DNA of 64,000 bases. It comes from Mustelus asterias (lineage: Eukaryota). The stretch lies in NCBI RefSeq assembly GCF_964213995.1, contig NW_027590501.1, forward strand, positions 62,001-126,000, given 5' to 3'. A program made the translations under genes and the position numbers. Below are positions 11,320 through 23,166 of this stretch, in pieces (position 1 is the stretch's first letter; the number at the start of each line of letters is the position of its first letter). Under the pieces are notes generated by a model. The model was not told the DNA's origin, ran no database searches, and saw nothing but the letters and a program-made list of their open reading frames with translations.

Positions 11320-11650
11320 GGAGAGGTGTTTAAAATGACAAATGATTTATGATAGTGTCAATGGAGAGAAATTATCTCCCAGGAGCACAAGGGTTTGTCG
11401 ATGGAGAGAATCTATTTCCCCGGTGCAGGAGGGTCTGTAAGCAGAGGACACAGAGATTTAACTTAATTGACAACAGAACTGGAGGGGGTGATAAGGAGAA
11501 TGTTTTACACAATAACTTGATATGATCTGGAATGCACAAACTGACAGGTGCTCGAAGCAGGTTTAGTAGTACCTTTCAAAGGGAATTGGATAAATACTTG
11601 CAGAAGGTAAATTGGCAGAGTTATGGTGAATGGGATTAATTGGACAGTTC
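11320..11650 (+). mobile_element. Old degraded CR1 3' fragment
   Basis: gaggtgtttaaaat...tctggaatgcac...tttcaaagggaattggataaatacttg resembles the CR1 3' ends elsewhere in the window. Confidence 0.55.
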
Positions 11651-12569
11651 ACTCATCTTTGTGACATTCTGAATGTTTCTCTCCGAAGGTTTTAATATTT
11701 GATCTTTTCGGTCATAATGTGTCTCAAACAGAAGATTTAAACATTGGGTTTGATGAGCTGTCAGATCTCTTTCCTGTGTGTCTCTGTAACTTGCGAACTG
11801 GAGATAACCATGAGAAGGAACTGATTATTTTCAGTTCCTCTAACAGATTCCCCTCAGATATCAGGAATCCCTGGAGTTCCCCATATCCTCATTATTCTCG
11901 CCTCGAGTATAACAGCTCTCAGTCAGGCCGAGTCAGTCACATGTGTCTCTGTCATGATGTTTCCACTTGTATTTTATCACTCACCTCCCAGTGACACTCA
12001 CCATAACACAGACACCGTAAAATATCATTGTTCCCTTACACTTTGTCCTCCTATTATAATCAAATGTTTGTTGGGCCTCTTGTCTCCCTTAATGTCAGAT
12101 TACCTGCAGTTAAAATGACCTCAGAGACACTGAAACCGACCTTTCTGATTATTATACCAGACTCCAATCAGCCCCAGGAGCTGCAGTTGTAAAATACAGC
12201 AGAATTGGAATAACAGACAGGTTATTGTCTGATACTGACAGTGGCAGAGTAACACACACCGGAATCTAAATACATTATATCAATGGACCATGACTCACTC
12301 ACACTATCAAATGAAACTTAAACTTTGGTTATGGTGCACGAGATACTGACTGTATTACCATTACATTGGATCAAATGCTGTGTTCACTAACATACTGCAA
12401 CGTGACTCTTATTATTTGAACAAGCATTGTATTTGTTACACTCAGAGTAAGTCAGTGCTTTGCTGTGTTGTCTCTGTGCTCCATCCCCACTCTGATTGTA
12501 TTGGAGCCTGTGTGGGTCATTGTTACACTGAGACTCTGTCACTGTGATTATTGGACAAGCAGCAAGTCA

Positions 12570-12980
12570 CCGTCACAATGCCCGGCTGATTGACGGCAGC
12601 GTGGACCAATGGGAAGAGGGGGCAGAGCTGGAGGCCCGATCAGGAGCGGTTGGTCCTCCAACCATTAGGAGCAAACGAGGGGCGGGGCCAACTTTGACTC
12701 GAGCATGCGCAGTGTGAGTAAAGGCGATGGAAAACGGTTATTTTGGGCTCGGAAATCTGTTCGAGGTGATTGGCGGTACGGAGAGAGCAATGGATCGTCC
12801 AGGTGGGTGGAAGCGCTGCGTAACCATGTTGTGAGAGTCGCAAAATGCGGAAGAGAGCTTCCCGGACCCAGTTTGCACCGAGCGGGGCTGCAGCTCCTCA
12901 TGTTCGTTTCGGGTTAACGTTCGCCATCTTTATTGGGGGCAATATGCAGCAGTGCGCACGTGTGGCCGCCATGTTTGTAG
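12570..12980. promoter_or_regulatory. CpG-island promoter upstream of Z3
   Basis: Reverse-oriented copy of the 6783-6900 cassette (gattgacggcagc...ccaat...ggtcctccaacc), plus gcatgcgca, YY1-like cgccatctt and gccgccatgtt, and donor-like gg|gttaac. Confidence 0.65.
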
Positions 12981-13329
12981 AGGGCAATGTTGTCAATCAG
13001 TGGGAGGAGCTTGTTCCCCAGTGTTCAGAATGGAGACAACTTGTCCATCAAACTGCATCAACCCTCTGAGTCCCAATGTCTTATTGATGAGGCAGAGCGG
13101 TGACAGAGAAGGAAAAAGAAAGGGAAAGTAAAACAGTAAATGCTGGAAAATCTCAGCAGATCTGACAGCATCTGTGGAGAGAGAATAGAACCAACGTTTC
13201 GAGACTGGATGACCCATAGTCAGAGCTTGTACACGTGTAAACAGAGCATGTAAACTTTGACACCTCCATGTACCCTTGTACACCTCTATCAATCTACTTT
13301 GCTCCAAGGAGAACAAGTTATCCAGCCTA

Positions 13330-13692
13330 ACATTGAGGTGTATAAAATTCTGAGGGGCACAGATAGGGGGGACAGGAAGGAACTTTTCTCTTTAGTAGAG
13401 AGGTCAATAACCAGGGGCCTGGATTTAAGTTCAGGGGCAGTAGGTTTATAGGAGATGTGAGGGAAAGCTTTTTCACTCAGACGGTGGTGGGAATCTGGAA
13501 CTCACTGCCTGAAAGGGTGGTAGAGGTGGGAATCATCATCACATTTAAGAAGAATTTAGATAAGCTCTTGCAATGCCATAGTATGGAAGGTTACACATCA
13601 AGTGTGGAAAATGGGATTAGAATAGAACGGTGCTTGATGGCCGGCACAAACACGATGGGCCGAAGGGCCTCTTTCCATGCTGTAAAACTCTA
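13330..13692 (+). mobile_element. CR1 3' fragment
   Basis: Translates IEVYKILRG...FFTQTVVGIWNSLP. Tail gatgggccgaagggcc...gctgtaaaactctat. Confidence 0.8.
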
Positions 13693-14442
13693 TTGATCAC
13701 CCACGTTGGCAGCAAGTTCAATATCATCATCAGTCACAACCCCCCTGTATCTTCACTAACTGAAACAATCCATTTAAAACATTTTTATCGAGAATGTAGC
13801 CATATTTCTTTTGGACTGGCAGCCTGCATGGAGACTTTCAGCTCTCTGTGTCCAGGACAGGAAACCGTGAGCATGGATCTGTCAATCAGCCTCAATCAGC
13901 ATCTTCAGGAGAATTGGGAGGGTGAATATTAGATACAGCAGAGTGAGAATGGAGGGAGAGTGTGTGGGATGGAGATTCACAGCTTTTGGGGAATGAGAGA
14001 GGAAAGAATGTTCCATGGAAACTAGAATTGTCTGTTCTGAATTTCTATCCTGTACTGACTGTGATGAATTTTGTAAATTGTTTTTACAGGATATTAGAAG
14101 AGGAATCACACTGATAAATCTCAACTATCACATCTCGATCTGACAGAGTCACTCGATTCCTTGGATACTAAATATCCTCAGCCTCTGAATGGGAAGGAGA
14201 AATGTTTGACCGGTCTGTCCACTGCAAGATTTTAAGCAACAGTGTGACTGGAAAAACACCGGGACACAAACACACACCTGAGTGAGAGTGTTCCAGTGCA
14301 CTGACAGTGGAAAGAGCTTTAACCAGTTACACAGCCTGAAAATACATTGCAGCATTCACAGCAAGGAGAGACTGTACACGTGTTCTCTGTGTGGACAAGG
14401 CTTCAAATGATTGACCTGCAATGATACAAGGAGACCGACAAT

Positions 14443-15369
14443 ATGGAAAAACCGTGGAAATGTGAGGACTGTGGGAAGAGATACAAAGCGCCCTCTCTAC
14501 TGGAAGCTCATCGGCGCAGCCACACTGGGGAGAGGCCGTTCACCTGCTGGGTGTGTGGGAAGGGATTCACTGATTCATCCACTCTGCAGAGACACCAGCA
14601 AGTTCACACTGGTGAGAGTGCATTCACCTGCTGTCAGTGTGGGAAGGGATTTACTCAGATATCAAGCCTGCGGACACACCAGCGAGTTCACACTGGGGAG
14701 AGGCCATTCACCTGCTCTCAGTGTGGGAAGGGATTCACTGAGTCATCCAACCTACAGAGACACCAGCGTGTTCACACAGGAGAGAGGCCATTCAGCTGCT
14801 CTGCATGTGGGAAAAGATTCACTCAGTTATCTCAACTGCGGGCACACCAGCGAGTTCACACTGGGGAGAGACCGTTCACCTGCTCTCAGTGTGGGAAGGG
14901 ATTCACCCAGTTATCCAACCTGCAGACACACCAGCGAGATCACACTGGGGAGAGGCCATACAGCTGCTTTCAGTGTGGGAAGGGATTCATTCATTTATCA
15001 AACCTGCAGACACACCAGCAAGTTCACACCGGGGAGAGGCCATTTACCTGCGCCGTGTGTGGGAAGGGATTCACTCGGTTATCCACCCTGCAGTCACACC
15101 AGCGAGTTCACACTGGGGAGAGGCCATTCACCTGCTCTCAGTGTGGAAAGGGATTCACTCAGTTATCTAATCTGCGGAGACACCAGTGAGTTCACTCTCA
15201 AGAGAGGTCGTTCACCTGCCCCGTGTGTGGGAAGGGATTCACTCGGTTATCCACCCTGCAATCACACCAGCGAGTTCACACCGAGGAGAGACCATTCACC
15301 TGCTCTCAGTGTGGGAAGGAGTTCTGTGATTCATCCACCCTGCTGACACACCAACAAGTTCACAAGTGA
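14443..15369 (+). CDS. Z3: C2H2 zinc-finger gene, 8 intact fingers then premature TGA (15187-15189); ancestral array of 11 fingers ends 15369
   Basis: ORF MEKPWKC...RRHQ*. The frame continues past the stop through two more fingers to cac aag tga. Confidence 0.85.
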
Positions 15370-16060
15370 ATATGGGGATTAGATTCTGCTGTTATTGTTT
15401 CTGCTCTCAATTACATCCAGGACTGCATTTTGTTCATTCTTGGCCAATGGGGAGGGTCGGAGGGTTTCTTTCTGCTGGACTGGCCGGTCTCATGACTTTG
15501 CCTCCAGTGGGCTGATGCTCTTCGAGTCTTGTTGCGAATCCCTGGTTTCAGATTTCACAAGGATCACAGAGTAAGACGGTGTTAGGAAATTCAGAGATAT
15601 TTCGTCAGCATTTATTTTTGAAATCCCCCAAATGCCCCATCCAATTTCCTTTGTAATTGTTTATTGTCTCCACTTCCCTCACCCTCGTAGGCAGCGAGTT
15701 CCAGGTCATTACCATTCGCTGCATCAAAATATTCTCCCTCACATCTCTCCCTGCATATCTGACCCAAAATCTTCAATCAATGTCCCCCTCGTCCTTGTCC
15801 CATCAGCGAATGGGAACAGCTTTTCTTTGTCCACCTTATCTAAACCTGTAAGAATCTTGTCTACCTCTATCAAATCTCCCCTCAACCTCCTTTGCTCCAA
15901 GGGGAACAACCCCAGCCTGACATCGACAATAAAGAACAAACTAACAGAATACGTTAATACCTGAAATTAACTGTGGAGGTCGAATTTCTGTTTTAAAAAT
16001 ATTGCAAACATATTGTCCTGGACAATAAAGGAATTTGAATAACTCACCTTGAATGTGGGT
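15370..16060 (+). other. Shared ZNF 3'-UTR/flank module with embedded antisense CR1 fragment (about 15620-15920)
   Basis: Homologous to 37345-38100, 49600-50340 (rc), 3243-3468 (rc), 62590-62829 plus 57570-58013 (rc), and partly 44005-44165. AATAAA near 15928 and 16024. Confidence 0.8.
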
Positions 16061-16769
16061 GAAATGTGTTATGATCCAGGTCAGAAATCCAAGGTGTTTT
16101 AGAAAATCAGCCTCGCCAGAAGATTTGCACTCGAGTGAGTGTAAGGTGTTTCACTCCAGGTACGATTCAAGTGACCCACTAGGAAGCTTTTATCAAACAA
16201 AGTTAATTTAAGAACACAGTTAAAATATAATTAGAAAAAATAGCATAACTTTTACCAATTGCAATAAAAAGCAACCATGATCTTGCTTATATCAACCAGT
16301 GCAGCTTAGTGTTCCAAATCAAATAATCCCTACAAATATACACCCCATTCTAGGTTTTGCACAGAAAGCAGGTATGCTCACGTGATGCTGGATTTGGCAG
16401 CTTTTTAACACCTGCTGTGAATTAGCGCTTAAAATGTTGAATTCAAACTCTGCCTTCCCTGTCCTGGAACTTCCAAAACCGAGAGAGAGAGAGACTGCTT
16501 GCTTCTATGTTCCAGCTGGCAACTCTCAGGCAGCGGAATCTTCATTCTAGAGAGAGAGACGACAAACACTGCTTTCAGTTTGCAGTCCAGACAGCTTGTG
16601 ACAAAATGAAACTAAAACTTTCTCCTGTTAAAAAAAACTGTCCAAAGACAGCACTGACCTTTCAATCAGGCTCCACCCAACAATTCCAAAAGGATCATAA
16701 AACTCCAGGTCACTGTATTAGCCCAGGCTCAAAATAAACAAGATGCCCATTATATTGCTTCATTATATT

Positions 16770-17087
16770 CATAGAATAGAATCCCAACAGTACAGAAAGA
16801 GGCCATTCAGCCTATCGAGCCTGCACTGACAATAATCCCAGCCTTTCTCCGTAACCCCACCTGTTCATCCTGCTAATCCCCCAGAAACTAGGGTCAATTT
16901 CGCATGGCCAATCAACCCAACCCACACATCTTTGGATTGCGGGAGGAAACCGGAGCACCCGGAGGAAACCAACGCAGACACGGGGAGAATGTGCAAACTC
17001 CACACAGACAGTGACCCAAGCCAGGAATCAAACCTGGATCCCTGGTGCTGTGAGGCAGCAGTGCTAACCACTGTGCTACCGTGCCAC
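16770..17087 (-). mobile_element. HE1/V-SINE-like SINE
   Basis: Reverse complement ggcacggtagcacagtggttagcactgctgcc...gtggagtttgcacattctcc. Confidence 0.9.
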
Positions 17088-17089
17088 CA

Positions 17090-18195
17090 TATTGTTCTAT
17101 GTATTAGCGGAGTTGTAAATCAGTGAAGGCCAGCATAATACTTGGTCTGTGAAACACTCCGACATCCATGAACTTTGTTTTAAAGAAATCCACATTTGAA
17201 AGCCCGGTCACTGCATGAAATATCAGACCATAACAGGGGGAGATAAGAAAGACAGACACTCACTTTGATCTTTTCGTCAGCACATCTGAGAGTTAAGAAT
17301 GTGTGACATGATTTTGGGATACCGGAGTGAGTGTACAGATGTGATTTGTTACATGTGAAAAATAACAAGCCTAAATTCATGGTGAGTTGGAGTGAAGAGC
17401 GGGTCCCAAACACACACAGCTACTTGAGACACAGCAGGAGATGAAATGGTTAATGTGGCCAGGGGATTGAGACAACATTGTGACATCATCAAGGCACTGA
17501 CACACACTCCAGAGAGAAACTGAGTTCACTGGCGGCACGGTAACACAGTGGTTAGCACTGCTGCTTCACAGCTCCAGGGACCTGGGTCGATTCCCGGCTC
17601 GGGTCACTGTCTGTGTGGAGTTTGCACATTCTCCTCGTGTCTGCGTGGGTTTCCTCCGGGTGCTCCGGTTTCCTCCCACAGTCCAAAGATGTGCGGGTTA
17701 GGTTGATTGGCCATGATAAAATTGCCCCTTAGTGTCCTGGGATGCGTAGATTAGAGGGATTAGTGGGTAAAATATGTAGGGATATGGGGGTAGGGCCTGG
17801 GTGGGATTGTGGTCGGTGCGGACTCGATGGGCCGAATGGCCTCTTTCTGTACTGTAGGGTTTCTATGATTTCTAAAACAATCAGGATCCAATTAAACACA
17901 CTGCACATCCTCACAAAGTGAGGAAAATTACAGTAAAAGGAATAATATTATAGATTGGGACAATTAAGGGCTTGGGGGAAATAATACTGAGTAAGAACTG
18001 TCCACAACTTGGATAGGGGTAAAGAGAGAGCTGGAGAATCTTTTACATCCATGCTTGACCTGTTGCTTGAAGCATCTGTCCTTATGTACGAGTAACCTAG
18101 AACTCACAGCGCTCCTTCAGAAGAAAAAAAGATTGAGTAGATGTTACCCCAGGCGGGACCAGAACAGAACTGGAAAATAACGGAGTGAAGTTGAG
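17090..18195 (+). repeat. Local segmental duplication, copy 1 (copy 2 at about 39930-41005)
   Basis: Long near-identical stretches, e.g. ccagcataatacttggtct and gatgtgatttgttacatgtgaaaaataacaagcc. Confidence 0.9.
17531..17873 (+). mobile_element. HE1/V-SINE-like SINE, full length, young
   Basis: ggcggcacggtaacacagtggttagc...gtagggtttctatgatttct. Absent from the paralogous site at about 40715. Confidence 0.92.
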
Positions 18196-19299
18196 TGAGG
18201 GATCAGAGAGAGAGCATCTTTAACAGCTCTCTTGAAAGCCCAGCATGTTAAAGAGCCTGCCAACCCCTCTCACCCACTTTCCCGAAAGTGCATCAATCTC
18301 AGCAGGAAATGTCCAGAAAAATCAAATATTTTTACTGATAAAAGTTTATTAATGAAACAGAACATGGTTAAAACAAACAGAAAATGACTTGAGGATCAAA
18401 GACAACCAGAGTAAAAGGATGTTCACAATGTTCTGGACACAAATGGTTTCTCTTCAGCTGCTCTGTCCCCTGTTCCTCTGACTCCCCGCTTTGGACACAG
18501 GGACACTGAACCCCGGGGGTCACGTCACCATCAGCCCCAGTCACCCTCTCCCGTGTCCTGATTGGTTGGAGGCCCATTTCCCACTCCAGTACCTTCCTGT
18601 CTCTGTATTATTGCGACGCCCAGGGCAGTTTTCCAACTGGGGCGCAGGCACCATTATTCTCAGCTAAATTCAGCCTTCAGCTCCGTCGCCTGGCTGTCAT
18701 TGACACGAGCAACAGAGACAGAAAGGTGTCCCAGGCTCAAATGGGAAGTTGAAACTTGTGGGTCGAAAGCAACACTTCACCATTTGCCAGTCAAATCCAT
18801 GTTATTTACACTGGGGGTTTTTATGATGAGATTAATTGAATTGTTCGGCGAGTCAGCAAGCTCGAGAAGCACTGATTCCAGATTGTTCAATACTTCTGTC
18901 TTGAATCACAAAAGCTTCTCACTTTATCCCCTTCCTGAACTGAATTCCATCATCCTGAGCAGCTGTGGGTGTCACCTCTCTGTGTAAACTCCTGCCCCTT
19001 TTTATAAGGCTCTCTCATTCCTTATTGTGGGTCAATTCTTTAATGGTTGAGGATCGCTCTGTGATGTAGTGAGTGTTTATCCGGTCAATCAATGTTTCTG
19101 ATGTCAGTCGGAACGTCCATCGTTACTTTTCACCTGTTTCTTACTCTGTGTTATAAAAAAATAAAGTTTTTTAATTTTTAACAGAATGGTCAGCTTTAAG
19201 GTTTCTTGAGTCTGTGGCGACGTCATCCAAAGGTCAAAGCCTTTCTCTTTTCTCCTTCCCGTTTAACTAAGGGTTGTGTGGAATATTCCACTCAGGGGG

Positions 19300-19680
19300 A
19301 GGTGGTGGGAATGTCGCTGGCCGAGTAATGCAGAGACCCAGCAAAGGATCTGGGGACAGGCAGCTGGTGGGATTGGATTCAGTGAATCAATCTGGAATTA
19401 TATAAAGTTAGTGTCAGAAACGGTGACCATGAAACTATCGACTGTTGTAAAAACCCGTCCAGTTCACCCTCTTCATGCTCCCTATTAGGGAGGGAAATCT
19501 GCCATTCTTACCCGGTCTGGCCTACAAGTGAATCCAGACCCACACAGCGATGTGGGTGAATCTTAACTGCCCCTCTGAAATGGCCGAGCAAGTCACTCCG
19601 TTCAGGGGCAATTAGGAGATGAGCAACGTGTGCTGGGGCTTTGCCAGCAGTGTCCACATCCCAGGAAAGAATAAAGAATA
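19300..19680 (+). mobile_element. Second tRNA-derived SINE family with LINE-like tail
   Basis: Homologous to 26150-26505 and 28652-29007. Tail resembles the LINE 3' end at about 59600-59660. Confidence 0.7.
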
Positions 19681-20314
19681 TTCCACGGAAAGTGATGGGT
19701 GATTTGAAATGAATTGAAAGTAGGTCAGGAGGTGCTCGTATCATCCAGAGCTGCTTTTCAATGGATCCTCCTGTTTAAAATAAAAACACATCAGTGTGTC
19801 CCTTTCCCAGACACAGTTGACCATGGAATATCACAATGCTGTTTTTAAACATTCCTTTGTTAAAGAATCAGTCATTTAGAATTGTGAAACAGACAGAAAT
19901 TAAATGTTCCGTTTTTCCTGGGATCCTCCTGTGCCTGGCACCGGTGTCCTGAACAAGGTTATTAACATTCTCTGGGTTAAAGGTTCCTCCTGGTTCTTGC
20001 TGTCTGTTGTGTCCTTTGTCACAGTCTGTACCAGGACATTTCTATTGAAAGGTTGTTAAGAAATTCCAGTGAATTCCAGCCCCTTGTGTAACGTTCCATT
20101 TGGTGTGCGTCAGATTCAGAGATGTCCACGTGTGTGTGAAAAGGGTTCTGGGTAAGGGTTTTAACCCTTCTTTCCCCGTTAGTAACAATGAGCCCTGTAT
20201 TCAATTCTAAAGTATAAAGTTCTCATTAGATATCAATTCTACCTGTTATCTACATTTCACCAACCAGTCTATATTTTCATCACAGGACTGCAGTGGGAGC
20301 ACCGTCAACATCTT

Positions 20315-21497
20315 ACTGACTTGACCGATTTTATCGAGGAGATGACAAAGGTGATCGATGAGGGTAGAGCAGTGGATGTTGTGAACATGGATTTTAGTCA
20401 GGCTTTCGACAAGATCCCTCATGGTCGGCTCATCCAGAAGATTAAGATGCATGGGATTCACGGTGACTTGGCCACTTGGATTCAGAATTGACTTGCCCAT
20501 AGAAGTCAGGGAGTAGTGGTGGAGGGTGTTTTTCTGACTGGAGGTCCGTGACGAGTGGTGTTCTGCAGGGATCTGTACTGGGACCTGCGCTATTTGTGAT
20601 ATATATCAATGACTTGGATGAAAACGTGGATGGGTGGGTTAGTAAGCTTGCAGACGACACAAAACTAGATGGAGCTGTAGATAATGTAGAAGGTTGTCAA
20701 AGGATACAGTGGGATGTAGATCAGCTGCAGATATGAGTGGAGAAATGGCAGATGGATTTTAATCCGGGCAAGTGTGAGGTGCTGCACTTTGGGAGATCAA
20801 ATGTTCAGGATAAGTATACAGTTAATGTACAGGGGGATCTTGGGGTTCAAGTCCATAGCTTCCTGAAATTAGCCACACAAATATTTAGTCGGTAAAGAAG
20901 GCATATGGCATGCTTGCCTTTATTGAGTACAAGAGTCAGCATGCCATGTTGCAGCTTTATAAAACTTTGTTTGGGCTGCACTTAGAATATTGTGTTCAGT
21001 TCTGGTCGCCACATTACAGAAAGGATGCAGAGGCTTTGATGAGGGTGCAGAAGAGGTTTCCCAGGATGCTGCCTGGATTGGAGGGTGTGAGCGACTGACA
21101 AACGAGGGTTGTTTTCTCGATAGCGGTGGAGGGTGAGGGGAGACCTGATAGCAGTCTATAAAATAAGAGACATAGAATCTTTTCCCCCAGACTTGATATG
21201 TCTAATACCAGGGAGCATGCACTGAAGGTGAGATGGGCAAAGTTCAAAGGAGATGTGAGAGGTAAGGTTTTTTACACAGAGAGTGGTAGGTGTCTGGAAT
21301 GCGCTGCTAGGAGTGGTGGTGGAGGCAGATACGATAGGGGTGTTTAAGGGGGTTTTAAATAAGCACATGAATATGTGAGGAATAGAGGAATATGGACCAA
21401 GGGCAGGCAGAAAGGAATAGTTTAATTTGGCATCATGTTCGACACAACATGGTGGGCTGAAGGGTCTGTTCCTGTGCTGTACTGTTCTACGTTCTAT
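20315..21497 (+). mobile_element. 5'-truncated CR1 LINE
   Basis: Motifs [38 protein letters not shown]. Tail gtactgttctacgttcta. Confidence 0.9.
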
Positions 21498-21580
21498 TTG
21501 TGATCTCCATTTAGAAAAAGGAAATAGAGGCACTGGAGAAGGGGCAAGAAAGATTCACAAGAATAATCCCAGAACTGTCA

Positions 21581-23166
21581 TCACTTGTGAACTCACTGGT
21601 GTTTCACCAAGTTTGCTGACTGAGTGAATCCCTTCCCAGTCAGAGCAGGTGACCAGCCTCTGCCTGGTGTGAACTCACTGGTGGGACATTAGTTCCCGAG
21701 AGCTTTTGAAGCTACGCCCACATTTAAAGGGTCTCTCCTGGGTGTGATGATGTTGTGTCTGGGCAGGCTGGATAAGTGAGTAAATCCTTTCGCACACACC
21801 GAGCAGGTGAATGGTTTCTCCCCGGTGTGAACTCACTGGTGTTTCAGCAGTGTTGATGATATTCTAAACCTCCTTGAACAGTGAGAGCAGCTGAACGGCC
21901 TCTCCCCGGTGTGAATGTGCTCGGGGATCATCAGTTCCTGAGAGCTTTTGAAGCCGGCTTCTCGGGCAGAGCATTTAAAGGGTCTCTCCTTGGAGTGAGT
22001 GGCTTTGTGTTTCTGCAGGCTGGATGACTGAGTGAATCCCTTCCCACACACAGAGCAGGTGAACGGTCTTTCCCCAGTGTGAACTCGCTGATGTTCCCAC
22101 AGGCTGGATGACATTTTAAATCTCTTTGTGCAGTGAGAGCAGCTGAACGGTCTCTCCTCAGTGTGAATGCGCTGGTGGGACACCAGGTCCTGAGAGCTTT
22201 TGAATCCGCTCCCACAGTCAGAGCATTTAAACCGTCTCTCATTAGTGTGAGTGACTTTGTGTCTGCGCAGGTGGGATGAAGTAGTGAATCCCTTCCCACA
22301 CACCGAGCAGGTGAACGGTCTCTCCCCAGTGTGAACTCGCCGGTGCACTCGCAGGTTGGATGATGTTCTAAACCTCTTTGTGCAGTGAGAGCAGCTGAAC
22401 GGTCTATCCTCAGTGTGAGTGCGCTGGTGGGACATCAGATCCTGAGAGTCTTTGAAGCCACTCCCACAGTCAGAGCATTTAAATGGTCTCTCATTGGTGT
22501 GAGTTGTTTTGTGTTTCTGCAAGCTGGATGAAGTTGTGAATCCCTTCCCACACACACAGCAGGTGACGGCCTTTCCCCGGTGTGAACTCGCTGGTGTGTC
22601 TGCAGGTTGGATGATGTTCTAAACCTCTTTGTGCAGTGAGAGCAGCTGAACGGTCTCTCCTCAGTGTGAATGCGCTGGTGGTCCCTAAGTACCTGAGAGC
22701 TTTTGAATCTGCTCCCACAGTCAGAGCATTTAAATGGTCTCTCATTGGTGTGAGTGGCTTTGTGTTTCTGCAGGCTGGATGACTGAATGAATCCCTTCCC
22801 ACACACAGAGCAGGTGAATGGTCTCTCCCCAGTGTGAACTCGCTGGTGTATCTGCAGGTTGGATGAAGTTCTAAATGTCTTTGAGCAGTGAGAGCAGCTG
22901 AACGGTCTCTCCTCAGTGTGAATGCGCTGGTGGGACATCAGATACTGAGAGCTTTTAAAACCACTCCCACAGTCACAGCATTTAAATGGTCTCTCATTGG
23001 TGTGAGTGAGATTGTGTTTCTGCAGGCTGGAAAACTGAGTGAATCCCTTCCCACACACAGAGCAGGTGAATGGCCTCTCCCCAGTGTGACTGCGTTTATG
23101 AATTTCCAGCTCAGATGGGAACCCGAATCTCTTCCCACAGTCCCCACATTTGCACGGTTTCTCCAT
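21581..23166 (-). pseudogene. Z4: long C2H2 array; 7 intact fingers, 1-bp frameshift at about 22566, further fingers, then degenerate tail with TGA stops
   Basis: ORFs 22435-23202 and 21833-22555 join at aggccgtcacc versus consensus aggccgttcacc. ATG (MEKPCKC) at 23166; ancestral stop at 21581-21583. May still encode a 7-finger protein. Confidence 0.8.

Noticed and set aside
16066-16770. Possible solo-LTR-like segments (also about 39420-39930, 46850-47300, 47910-48350)
   Set aside because: TG starts and AATAAA-like signals only. No paired end, TSD, PBS or second copy could be confirmed.
17531-17600. tRNA-like A/B boxes
   Set aside because: These are SINE heads continuing into SINE bodies, not tRNA genes.
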